Of a stretch of 64,000 nucleotides of DNA, positions 37,920 to 46,983 are shown piece after piece. This DNA comes from Parcubacteria bacterium C7867-007 (GTDB taxonomy: Bacteria; Patescibacteriota; Minisyncoccia; Phycocordibacterales; Phycocordibacteraceae). The notes below the pieces were generated by a model. The model worked only from the letters and a program-made list of their open reading frames with translations, made no database searches and was not told the origin of the DNA. Location of the stretch: contig LFCQ01000002.1 of assembly GCA_001189195.1 (NCBI GenBank), forward strand, positions 4,997-68,996. Direction: 5' to 3'. The translations under genes and the position numbers were made by a program. Position 1 is the stretch's first letter; each line of letters opens with the position of its first letter.

Positions 37920-38435
37920 ATGGCAGTAATCAAACACCCCGCACAACGGGTAGGCGTATTTATAGATACACAAAATCTCTATCACAGCGCTAAACATCTT
38001 TATAAGTCACGCGTTAACTTCGCAAACGTACTTGCTGAAGCAGTGGGGGATCGTATTCTCGTACGTGCCATTGCATACGTAATTAGCACTGAGAGCGGTG
38101 AGGAGACGAACTTCTTTGAGGCCCTCACCAAAATTGGTATTGAAACAAAGGTAAAAGGTCTTCAAGTCTTCTCTGATGGTGCAAAGAAAGCAGACTGGGA
38201 CGTTGGTTTAGCAATTGACGCGGTGAAGCTGGCACCAAAGCTGGACACCATCATCCTTGCGACAGGGGATGGAGACTTCGTACCACTTATCGAATACCTC
38301 GATATGAACATGGGGTGTCAGGTGGAGGTAGTTTCATTCGGAAAGTCTTCTTCACAAAAACTGAAAGAAGCAGCGCATGCGTTCACAGACATGTGTGACA
38401 ATCCAAAGAAGTTCCTCATCGGAGGAAGAGGGTAG
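37920..38435 (+). CDS. NYN-domain (LabA-like, PIN-related) protein
   Basis: VFIDTQNLYHS N-terminus, DVGLAIDA and ILATGDGDF acidic motifs of the NYN fold. Confidence 0.6.
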   Translation: MAVIKHPAQRVGVFIDTQNLYHSAKHLYKSRVNFANVLAEAVGDRILVRAIAYVISTESGEETNFFEALTKIGIETKVKGLQVFSDGAKKADWDVGLAIDAVKLAPKLDTIILATGDGDFVPLIEYLDMNMGCQVEVVSFGKSSSQKLKEAAHAFTDMCDNPKKFLIGGRG

Positions 38436-38480
38436 GGAACTAAGAGTTCATACTCACACGGCGCACGACCCCATGGGGCC

Positions 38481-39929
38481 GTGCGCCGTGTACAATACTA
38501 TATAGCTATGGCTGACGATCCTGCGGCATCGATTTCAAATACTCCTTCAGATCCGACACCGTACATTCGTACCTATGCGAAGGATGTTGCACGCCTAACA
38601 GGGAAGCAACCAATAGCAGTGCACAGCACTGTAAAGAAAGATGCGCCCGAGCCCGGGGTACTGCTTCCTGACTTCGATCCAACCCAGTCACTTAACTCAT
38701 CACGCCCTTCTTCTCCGCGCGAGTTCCCACAGGAAGTAATTTCTGTAACAGCAGATGATACTGTTGCAAACCTTAATGCTCCTGGCCCTGACCTATCAAA
38801 CAGGGAGGTGCGTCGTGATGAGATATTGACCCGCTTGCGCGCAAAGGTAGGGAGAGATGAACCTGCGGTTGAGCTTCCGCACCCAACTCCTCCAGCACCG
38901 GTTGCTCCCGTAAAACCTGTTCCCGTATATGTTCCGCCACCGCAACCAGCACCCGTACCTCCTCCTGCACCCGTTGTCGTACCTGAGCCACCCCACAAAG
39001 CACATAAGCAGGCTTTCACATTCTTCGGTCACCACGGAACGAAGAAGGAGTCCCTGGACCCAGCTCCCACGAACCTTCATACCTTCAAGAGCGATTTCGC
39101 CGATCATATTGATTCTCAGAAGGCCACCACATTCTCAGTACTTGCTGCTCAAAGTGACAGCAAAGAAAATCTTGCGCGTACACCAAAGCCTGCTAGTACC
39201 ACATCAAAGAAACCGAACCTTCCTTTTATATTGGGTGGCGTGACTCTCTTGGTGCTTGGTATTGGAATTGTCGGTGGTTCATATTGGTTTGTTTCTGTAC
39301 GTACTCCTAGTTCCGGTCTTCCATTTATTGTGCCTTCGCTTATCTTTGCTGATGAGAAGGTTGAAATCACGGGTGATTCTGGCCCAGAACTTATGCAAGC
39401 ATTGGCAGCTGTTGCTCAAGGTCCGTCTGTGAATGGAAACATTATTGTGACGTATATAACCGAACGTGAAGAGGGTGTAGTATCTATCCCACAGGCAGGG
39501 GGACAACTTATCAAACAACTATTCCAGAATGCACCTGACATTCTCCTGCGTAACATCACGGACGGGAGTACTGTTGGGGTGATTGATGCCGGTGATTCCA
39601 ATGCACCCTTCTTTATACTTGATGTATCTTCGTATGAACGTACATTCGCTGGAATGCTTGGTTGGGAGCCAACGATAGCGGCTAACCTAGCACCTCTATA
39701 TCCACCTCACCTAGAGAATGTATCAACCAGCACCGGCGCTCGCATCGTTAATCCAACACGCTTCATGGATAAGTCGGTTGCTAATCATGACGTACGGGTG
39801 CTTATAGACAGCAACAACAAGACCATTCTTATATATGGATATCGCGACAAACAAACTCTCATAATTGCACGAGATGAGGCTGCCTTTTCAGCAATCCTTG
39901 TTCGTCTTGCTGCAGGGAATACGAATTAA
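38481..39929 (+). CDS. proline-rich single-TM membrane protein
   Basis: PAPVAPVKPVPVYVPPPQPAPVPPPAPVVVP tract and one TM helix (FILGGVTLLVLGIGIVGG); start may be the second Met. Confidence 0.4.
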   Translation: MRRVQYYIAMADDPAASISNTPSDPTPYIRTYAKDVARLTGKQPIAVHSTVKKDAPEPGVLLPDFDPTQSLNSSRPSSPREFPQEVISVTADDTVANLNAPGPDLSNREVRRDEILTRLRAKVGRDEPAVELPHPTPPAPVAPVKPVPVYVPPPQPAPVPPPAPVVVPEPPHKAHKQAFTFFGHHGTKKESLDPAPTNLHTFKSDFADHIDSQKATTFSVLAAQSDSKENLARTPKPASTTSKKPNLPFILGGVTLLVLGIGIVGGSYWFVSVRTPSSGLPFIVPSLIFADEKVEITGDSGPELMQALAAVAQGPSVNGNIIVTYITEREEGVVSIPQAGGQLIKQLFQNAPDILLRNITDGSTVGVIDAGDSNAPFFILDVSSYERTFAGMLGWEPTIAANLAPLYPPHLENVSTSTGARIVNPTRFMDKSVANHDVRVLIDSNNKTILIYGYRDKQTLIIARDEAAFSAILVRLAAGNTN

Positions 39930-39952
39930 CCCCATTGTGCTAGAATGGCGCC

Positions 39953-40309
39953 ATGATTGATACCACCATGTACCGTGCGCGTCTCGAAGAGGAGAAAACA
40001 AAACTTGAAAAGGAATTAATGAGCGTTGGTCGTCGCAACCCAAGCAACCCCGCGGACTGGGAACCCGTACCACAGGAAGTGGGGCAGGAATCAGACCCAG
40101 CAGATCGTGCTGATCTTATTAGCCACTTCGAAGACAACACAGCGATCCTTAAAGATCTTGAGATTCGTTTCAATCAGGTGAACGCAGCACTAGAACGTAT
40201 TGATGCTGGTACATATGGTGTCTGCACCGTTTCTGGAGAAGAGATTGAGACCGACCGGCTTGATGCAGATCCTGCAGCAACCACCTGCAAGCAACATTTA
40301 AACTCATAA
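39953..40309 (+). CDS. DksA/TraR-family regulator with degenerate zinc finger
   Basis: Coiled-coil N-domain; C-terminal GTYGVCTVSGEEIETDRL...TC retains only two of four Cys. Confidence 0.5.
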   Translation: MIDTTMYRARLEEEKTKLEKELMSVGRRNPSNPADWEPVPQEVGQESDPADRADLISHFEDNTAILKDLEIRFNQVNAALERIDAGTYGVCTVSGEEIETDRLDADPAATTCKQHLNS

Positions 40310-40324
40310 GTGTTTGAGTTGATA

Positions 40325-40356
40325 AGAAAAGACCCTCGCATGCGAGGGTCTTTTCT
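40325..40356. terminator. bidirectional terminator aaaagaccctcgcatgcgagggtcttttctt
   Basis: 9-bp perfect stem with flanking A and T runs between convergent genes. Confidence 0.6.
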
Positions 40357-40365
40357 TATCCTTTA

Positions 40366-41424
40366 TTACTTGAACGTACAGCGTGTCATGGTCTTACAAC
40401 CAGCAAATGGATTCTTGGCACTTCGGACTTCGAAGTGTAGGTGGTTACCCGTCGCTTGACCTGTTGCACCAACGTACCCGATCAATGCACCTGCCGCCAC
40501 CCTTTCCCCTACTGATGCAACATCCTTGCTCATGTGAGCATAGAGAGTTTGCGAGCCATTAGCGTGTGAAATTACTACATAGCTACCATACCCACCATTC
40601 CATGCACCGTCAGCCTTAGAAATGATTACTGAACCCGCAGCCGCTGCATAGATAGGAGTTCCTGAAGGTGCACTAATATCAACACCATTGTTTCCATGGA
40701 CACCCTGAGAGAGGATTCCTCCAGGAACCGGGTTGGTGAAGTACCCAGAAGTGCTCACCGAAGACGTAGCCTTGGTACTACTACTTGCTTTGGTTGTAGC
40801 AGTCTTTGTGGTGGTCTTCGCAGGGGTTTTCACTGCTACGCTTATTTCACCACCAGGAATGATGATTTCAGAACCTGCTTTGAGTGTGGCATCTGTGCCA
40901 AGACCGTTGAATGTAGCGATTTCCTGGGTTGAGGCGTTGAACTTCTTAGCTATAGAAGCAAGTGTCTCGCCAGAAGCTACCTTATGCTTTACGCCTGAGG
41001 TTGGGAGAATAACGAGTGACATTCCGGGACGAATAGTACTCTTAATGGTTAGGTCGTTCGCCCAGAGGATGGTGTTTGTAGATACACCAAAGGATTCAGC
41101 AATCTTTGAAAGCGAGTCACCCTCTTTAACTACATATACGGAAATGCTTCCTCGTGGGTCTGCTGCGGTAGCAGAGGAGGTGCCAGCGTCGGGAAGGGTG
41201 CCTTCAGGACCACTGCTCGCAATAAGAGCAGAGTCATTGGAGAGTGCCATCTCTACATCCCCCTTGCTTGGGTTTGGATCAGTATTAACCGCTGCCTCAA
41301 GAAGCTCGAGAGTAGCATCATGCAAAATAGGCTGAGAGGATGCATCAGCATTCACTCTCTTAAAAGGCCAGAACGCCCCTGCTGGGCGTGGAAGTAGATA
41401 TGCGCCTGTTCCAGCAGCAATCAC
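40366..41424 (-). CDS. LysM-domain M23 family peptidase
   Basis: Two LysM repeats (YVVKEGDSLSKIA, HKVASGETLASIA) and a C-terminal M23 HxxxD...HLHFE motif. Confidence 0.8.
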   Translation of the reverse strand: MIAAGTGAYLLPRPAGAFWPFKRVNADASSQPILHDATLELLEAAVNTDPNPSKGDVEMALSNDSALIASSGPEGTLPDAGTSSATAADPRGSISVYVVKEGDSLSKIAESFGVSTNTILWANDLTIKSTIRPGMSLVILPTSGVKHKVASGETLASIAKKFNASTQEIATFNGLGTDATLKAGSEIIIPGGEISVAVKTPAKTTTKTATTKASSSTKATSSVSTSGYFTNPVPGGILSQGVHGNNGVDISAPSGTPIYAAAAGSVIISKADGAWNGGYGSYVVISHANGSQTLYAHMSKDVASVGERVAAGALIGYVGATGQATGNHLHFEVRSAKNPFAGCKTMTRCTFK

Positions 41425-41737
41425 GATGATTGCCAGAAGGAGTGCTGCGTATGAGTTCCGGTTCGTGCCCGAAGGCGCCTTATCGGAAGAATCAATGAGA
41501 AAAGAAATACGTGGCGGAGGGAACTTCAGTCAAACTTCAGAATACAAAAATGGCTTACCTAGGCCATCTCTTGAGTACATCCATGTCTATCAACCCGATA
41601 AGTATACCCCCTCGAAGGGCTCGGTCAACGGGTTGACAGGGCACCTGTTGAGAAGGTGAATGACGCATGAATTATGCTTAAAAGTCAAAGATTCAGGCTT
41701 TTAAAGGTGGGGAGAGTCGTTTTGCTATAGTGCAGCT

Positions 41738-43681
41738 ATGGATCACCTCCAGCCTGAATATGTGGCACACCTTAATCCTCGTCAGAGAGAAGCCGTGCTC
41801 GCCACAGACGGGCCTGTTTCTGTGCTTGCAGGAGCTGGATCTGGCAAAACATCAGTCCTAACCACCCGTATATACCATTTAATGCGTCAGGGAGTACCTG
41901 CAGATAAGATACTCGCCGTCACGTTCACCAATAAGGCTGCTCGGGAGATGCGCGAGAGACTCCAAACAAAGATTCCGGACAGTCCACTCCCGTTTGTTGC
42001 GACCTTCCATGGTCTTGGCAGAGAACTGCTTCAAACGTACGGCTCAGTTATTGGGGTATCACGGCATTTCACCATTTATGATCGAGATGATTCAAAGAGT
42101 GCAATTCGTGAAGCACTTAAGGCACTCGATGTTGATCCAAAGGAAGTACCTCCTGCCGCAATACTCTCGCGTATATCCAAAGCAAAGAGTGAGGGGCAAA
42201 CACTCACTGCATTTCGTGAGAAGCACGGCCGTGAAAGTTTTCGTTCACGCATAACGGTGGATGTATGGGCTCGCTATGACGAAACACTTAAGAAAGAAAA
42301 AGCACTAGACTTTGATGATCTCATCGTGCTTCCTGTACACCTTCTTCGTGACCATCTTGATGTACGTGCCCGTGTTCAAGAACGTTTCTCACACCTACAC
42401 ATTGATGAGTATCAAGACACAAACGAACTTCAAGGAAAACTTGCACACTATATTGCTGGAGATCGTAAAAACATTTTCGTGGTGGGGGACATAGATCAAT
42501 CTATCTATACGTGGCGCGGAGCAACTATTGATAATCTTTTGAAATTCGAAGAAACCTATCCTGGTGCTAAGCATATTGTGCTTGAACACAACTATCGTTC
42601 AACCTCTACGATTGTTGAGGCATCAAATCAAATCATTGAACGAAATAAGAACCGCAAAGAGAAGCACGCAATTACGAGTAACACGAAAGGGGAGCGTATT
42701 GTGATTCATCCTGCAGCCACTGCAGAAGGGGAAGCGCTATGGGTAGCGCGTGAGGCACGGCGCTTGATTGAGCGCGGCACACACCCAGAGGAGATTGCGG
42801 TTCTGTATCGCACAAACTTCCAGAGTCGTACCCTTGAGGAAGCTTTCCTCGCATGCGCGGTACCGTATAAGCTTCTAGGTACAAGGTTTTTTGATCGCAA
42901 AGAGGTGAAAGATACCCTTGCATGGATTCGACTCGCTCTAGATCCAGACCGTGAATCAGATCGCATGCGTGCCGTGCAATCGCCACCACGTGGTATCGGA
43001 AAAGTAACCTTAGGAAAGCTTATTGCAGGAAAGCGTGATGAACTACGCGCAGCTGATAAAGCAAAGGTTGATACGTTTGAACTTGTTGTTGCATCACTTC
43101 GTGAACTCGCAGAAACTGCACTGCCGTCGCAGTTCGTAAAACTAGTAATTGAAAAAAGTGGAATTGAATCTGCTCTTCTTAAAGAAGGAGAAGAAGGGCA
43201 AGAGCGTTTGGAGAACGTAAAAGAACTCGCAACACTCGCAAGTCGTCACGATGAGATACCGGGTATGGATGGTATTGCCGCATTCCTAGCAGAAGCAGCA
43301 CTTGCGGGAGATCAAGATGAGATGGATCGTCCAGAAGGTGATCGCAAAGAAAAAAAACCTGGTGTTACCCTTATGACCGTACACGCAGCCAAAGGTCTTG
43401 AGTTCGATGCTGTCTTTGTTACAGGACTTGAAGAAGGCCTCTTCCCACACGAAGGTATGGGTGGTGACGAAGAACGAGATGAAGAAGAGGAGCGTCGACT
43501 ATTCTATGTCGCAATAACTCGAGCAAAGAAACGACTATTCCTAACCCTTGCACGCATCCGTCGTATCTATGGAACAGACTTTATGTCTGAACCATCACAA
43601 TTCATTCGTGATATTGATCCTGATCTCACGCAGTTCGTAGATGCAGGTGCATTCGGTCCAGAAGCTATCATAGAAGCATAA
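41738..43681 (+). CDS. UvrD/PcrA-family ATP-dependent DNA helicase
   Basis: Motif I GAGSGKTSVL, then motifs II-VI (DEYQDTN, VGDIDQSIY, TVHAAKGLEFD, YVAITRA). Confidence 0.85.
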   Translation: MDHLQPEYVAHLNPRQREAVLATDGPVSVLAGAGSGKTSVLTTRIYHLMRQGVPADKILAVTFTNKAAREMRERLQTKIPDSPLPFVATFHGLGRELLQTYGSVIGVSRHFTIYDRDDSKSAIREALKALDVDPKEVPPAAILSRISKAKSEGQTLTAFREKHGRESFRSRITVDVWARYDETLKKEKALDFDDLIVLPVHLLRDHLDVRARVQERFSHLHIDEYQDTNELQGKLAHYIAGDRKNIFVVGDIDQSIYTWRGATIDNLLKFEETYPGAKHIVLEHNYRSTSTIVEASNQIIERNKNRKEKHAITSNTKGERIVIHPAATAEGEALWVAREARRLIERGTHPEEIAVLYRTNFQSRTLEEAFLACAVPYKLLGTRFFDRKEVKDTLAWIRLALDPDRESDRMRAVQSPPRGIGKVTLGKLIAGKRDELRAADKAKVDTFELVVASLRELAETALPSQFVKLVIEKSGIESALLKEGEEGQERLENVKELATLASRHDEIPGMDGIAAFLAEAALAGDQDEMDRPEGDRKEKKPGVTLMTVHAAKGLEFDAVFVTGLEEGLFPHEGMGGDEERDEEEERRLFYVAITRAKKRLFLTLARIRRIYGTDFMSEPSQFIRDIDPDLTQFVDAGAFGPEAIIEA

Positions 43682-43683
43682 CC

Positions 43684-44469
43684 ATGTTTGCTAAGAAATC
43701 ACTTGGACAGAACTTTTTAATGCACCCGCAGATTGCGGAGCGTATTGTCCATGCGGCAAAACTGCCCGAAGGTGCACAGGTACTAGAAATTGGACCTGGT
43801 ACAGGCATGCTCACCCGCGCACTTCTGGCTAACGGAGCAACTGTTGTGGCTGTTGAGGCAGATAATGAACTTGCACCACAGATGGAGGAATCGTTTGCCG
43901 CTGACATCTCTACCGGTTCACTTAGGGTTATTCATGGTGATATTCGTGTATTTGACCCAGCTACTATTGATGGGGAATACCATGTGGTGGCCAATATCCC
44001 TTATTACATAACGGGAGAAATCATTCGTTCATTCCTAACTTCCACCCATAAACCTAGTTCAATGACCCTCCTCGTGCAGAAAGAAGTGGCTGAACGTATT
44101 GCTCGAAGCAAGAAAGAAAGCCTCCTTTCACTCTCTGTGAAGGTATTTGGTACCCCAGAATACTGCTTTACGGTACCTCGAGGTGCCTTTCGTCCTGCTC
44201 CAAACGTAGATTCTGCTGTTCTGGCTATACGAAATATAGACATGTCGGCATTTGTAAACAAAAAAGCAGAGGAATACTTCTTTTCAGTAGTACGTACTGG
44301 CTTTGCCCATAAGCGTAAACGTCTTGCTAAGAATTTAGAGGAAATCGCACCTGCAGCACACATAGCAGCAGCATTTGATGCTGCATCATTAACAAAGGAT
44401 ATTCGTCCTGAAGATCTTTCTCTGTCCGATTGGAAACAACTCACTGCATCACTAGTGCAAAGCGCATAA
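43684..44469 (+). CDS. rsmA: 16S rRNA (adenine1518/1519-N6)-dimethyltransferase
   Basis: GQNFL start, SAM motif LEIGPGTGMLT, NIPY motif. Confidence 0.9.
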   Translation: MFAKKSLGQNFLMHPQIAERIVHAAKLPEGAQVLEIGPGTGMLTRALLANGATVVAVEADNELAPQMEESFAADISTGSLRVIHGDIRVFDPATIDGEYHVVANIPYYITGEIIRSFLTSTHKPSSMTLLVQKEVAERIARSKKESLLSLSVKVFGTPEYCFTVPRGAFRPAPNVDSAVLAIRNIDMSAFVNKKAEEYFFSVVRTGFAHKRKRLAKNLEEIAPAAHIAAAFDAASLTKDIRPEDLSLSDWKQLTASLVQSA

Positions 44470-44489
44470 CGTATACACACCATATATAG

Positions 44490-45551
44490 TTGAGCACTGC
44501 TTCACGTGGTGCTCATGGTACTATTTATCAAGTAATTATGGCGCTATCTGCTCGATCAATCAGGATCATCGCTGCATCAGCACTTTCATTGGTGCTCGTT
44601 GTTGGTGCCTATGCAGCATCAGGTCCACTCAACTTTCTTAAGGGTCGTATTGTGGGTGCGCAATCTACTGAATCACTTCTAAAAGCATACGCTGCAAAAG
44701 ATTCTGATGGTGATGCACTTCCAGATTGGCAGGAAGCATTGTACGGAACCAATCCGAACGATCCGCACTCTTTTGACGCTGTTCTCACCGATAGTGAGGC
44801 CGTTAACAAAGGACTTGTTACACCAAAGACATCTGCAGTTATCCCTGCAGATCCCTCTACAAACACTCCTGACACAGCAGCAGACGTTCCCGGAAAAGAT
44901 CCAGCACCAGGTAGTCTTACCGACGAATTCGGTCGTCAGTTCTTCCAGCAGTATGTTGCTGCGGGTAATGGAGGCCAACTCACTGAAGAGCAGAAGGAGG
45001 CACTCATAGCCAAGCTGCTTGCTGACTTTAGTTTGCGTGCAAGCAAGTTGCTGGTTTCCCCATACACCGCAGTATCAATTCGTGTCTCGCCGAGTGCTGA
45101 TGTGGTTACCTATCTCGATTCAGTTGAAAAAGTAATCCGCGAGAACGATGTACCTGCAGGAGCAGGGGAGCCTGCTCCACTGATGCAAGCATTCCTTGAG
45201 GAGAGTGACCTTGAAGCAGGAAAGAAAATCGTTGCGCTTGGCGGTGCATATGGATCAATCTCAGAAAATCTGCTAGCGATACAGCCTCCGCCTGCGTATG
45301 GGGCACAACACCTTGCACTAGTTCAATCTTTCGATACTCTTTCGCGTTCAATGAAAGCAGTTTCAAAATATGAAACTGATCCACTCGCTGTACTTGGATC
45401 ACTTTCACTCCTGCAGCCAACCTCACAGGTGATTGTAAACACATTCAAGCAGATGGCAGTAACCACTATAAGTCAGATTGGTGAGCCGGTGTCTGGTACC
45501 CCTGGCGCACTTATCGTGAACATTGCCCGCAGTACTGAACAAACACCATGA
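44490..45551 (+). CDS. membrane-anchored hypothetical protein (first gene of the T4SS-like cluster)
   Basis: N-terminal TM helix; no family signature. Confidence 0.4.
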   Translation: MSTASRGAHGTIYQVIMALSARSIRIIAASALSLVLVVGAYAASGPLNFLKGRIVGAQSTESLLKAYAAKDSDGDALPDWQEALYGTNPNDPHSFDAVLTDSEAVNKGLVTPKTSAVIPADPSTNTPDTAADVPGKDPAPGSLTDEFGRQFFQQYVAAGNGGQLTEEQKEALIAKLLADFSLRASKLLVSPYTAVSIRVSPSADVVTYLDSVEKVIRENDVPAGAGEPAPLMQAFLEESDLEAGKKIVALGGAYGSISENLLAIQPPPAYGAQHLALVQSFDTLSRSMKAVSKYETDPLAVLGSLSLLQPTSQVIVNTFKQMAVTTISQIGEPVSGTPGALIVNIARSTEQTP

Positions 45552-46978
45552 GTACGACTGCACTAGCGTCTGTGGCAACAAAGAGTACTGCAGCAACTGT
45601 TGCAACAGTACTGCTTCTTACAATCCTCTATCCGATCGCACCAAGAGCGAGCGCTCAGATCGGCACCTTTGAAACAAATCCTGTTCTGATTGGAGGTGTG
45701 GTCACTACTGCAGGCGCATCTGCAATCAGCGCAGAAAGTACTGCCTTTGACGCGCACGTTCGCCCCATCCTTGATGGTCTTGCGTGGACGGTAGCAAAGG
45801 TTGCCGTGCAATCACTCACTCGCAGTACCGTTAATTGGATTAACTCTGGCTTCCAGGGTTCACCTGCATATGTCACCGACCTTAAACAGACCCTGGAGGA
45901 GGTTGGTGATACAGTTGCTGACGATTTCTTTGATTCACTTGAATACAATTCTGGTATTGATGTACGTTCACCATTTAAGGATCAGGTGACACAAGCACTT
46001 AGAGACAACTATTATCGTTCAACCGCAGGATTCTACGGAAATGGTTACGATCTTGATCTATATAGCGATGATCCTTCAGCTTTCCTTGATGGACACTTTG
46101 CGCGTGGTGGTTTTGATGCATGGTTCGCAACACTCGCAAATGATGAGAACAATCCACTTGGCGCATATCGCTCAGGACAGAACGAACTTGCACGAAGGGT
46201 TGAAGATTTCCGTGTAAATCGTTTGCACGAACTTAACTGGGGTAACGGGTTTCTGTCATGGAGAGGGGACTGCATTGTTAAGAAACCAGCTGGTGCTCCC
46301 ACATCACTTAAGAAAACAGACGACTGTGCATCATATGAAATAAAAACACCAGGCTCAGTTATTGAAAGTACGCTTGGTATCACCGCAACATCACCCCTTC
46401 GTCAGCTTGAACTCGCAGACTCTATCAATGAGATTGTTGGCGCACTTGCCGGCCAGCTTGTGGGCCAGGTACTTGGTGGTGTGGGTCTATCAGGCGTTTC
46501 ACAACCGCGCAGTGGTGGTGGTAACTCATACCTAACTGATGCAACTGATCCAAACCAATACGCTCAAGGCACCGCAAGTCTTTCGAATGGTTTTATCCAA
46601 ACAGTGAAGGATGAGCAAAATAAGGTAGAGGCGTATCAAAAGAATTGGATGAAGATTCAATCTGCAGCAGGCAGTGCACGTGGCTGTGTAGATGATAGCG
46701 TGATTGATGATGCGTTAGCACGTGCAAAGTCCGCACTTGAGAAAGCATCCACAGCAACCACTGAACTAAACACTATCAGTGCACGCATAAGCTCTTCACA
46801 GAGTTCAACTAATTCTGCCGCGGCACTCTCCAGTGTATCTGACTCATTTTTAACCCTTATGTCTTCAGGCAAACTAATCAGCGCCCAAGACGCAACAGAC
46901 GCACAGGTCCAAGCTAGTGAGGACTCAAAAGACTCCCTCTATAGCCAACTCACCGCAACTTGCGGAAGAGGTAGTTAA
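45548..46978 (+). CDS. secreted hypothetical protein
   Basis: Signal peptide ending ASAQ; overlaps the previous stop, which suggests an operon. Confidence 0.4.
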   Translation: MSTTALASVATKSTAATVATVLLLTILYPIAPRASAQIGTFETNPVLIGGVVTTAGASAISAESTAFDAHVRPILDGLAWTVAKVAVQSLTRSTVNWINSGFQGSPAYVTDLKQTLEEVGDTVADDFFDSLEYNSGIDVRSPFKDQVTQALRDNYYRSTAGFYGNGYDLDLYSDDPSAFLDGHFARGGFDAWFATLANDENNPLGAYRSGQNELARRVEDFRVNRLHELNWGNGFLSWRGDCIVKKPAGAPTSLKKTDDCASYEIKTPGSVIESTLGITATSPLRQLELADSINEIVGALAGQLVGQVLGGVGLSGVSQPRSGGGNSYLTDATDPNQYAQGTASLSNGFIQTVKDEQNKVEAYQKNWMKIQSAAGSARGCVDDSVIDDALARAKSALEKASTATTELNTISARISSSQSSTNSAAALSSVSDSFLTLMSSGKLISAQDATDAQVQASEDSKDSLYSQLTATCGRGS

Positions 46979-46983
46979 CACAT

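Noticed and set aside
41426-41659. 77-aa ORF in the 313-bp divergent intergenic region between the M23 peptidase and the helicase
   Set aside because: Low-complexity composition, no RBS, and it lies in a divergent promoter region. It is more likely non-coding, although the GTCAACgggTTGAC dyad there could be an operator.
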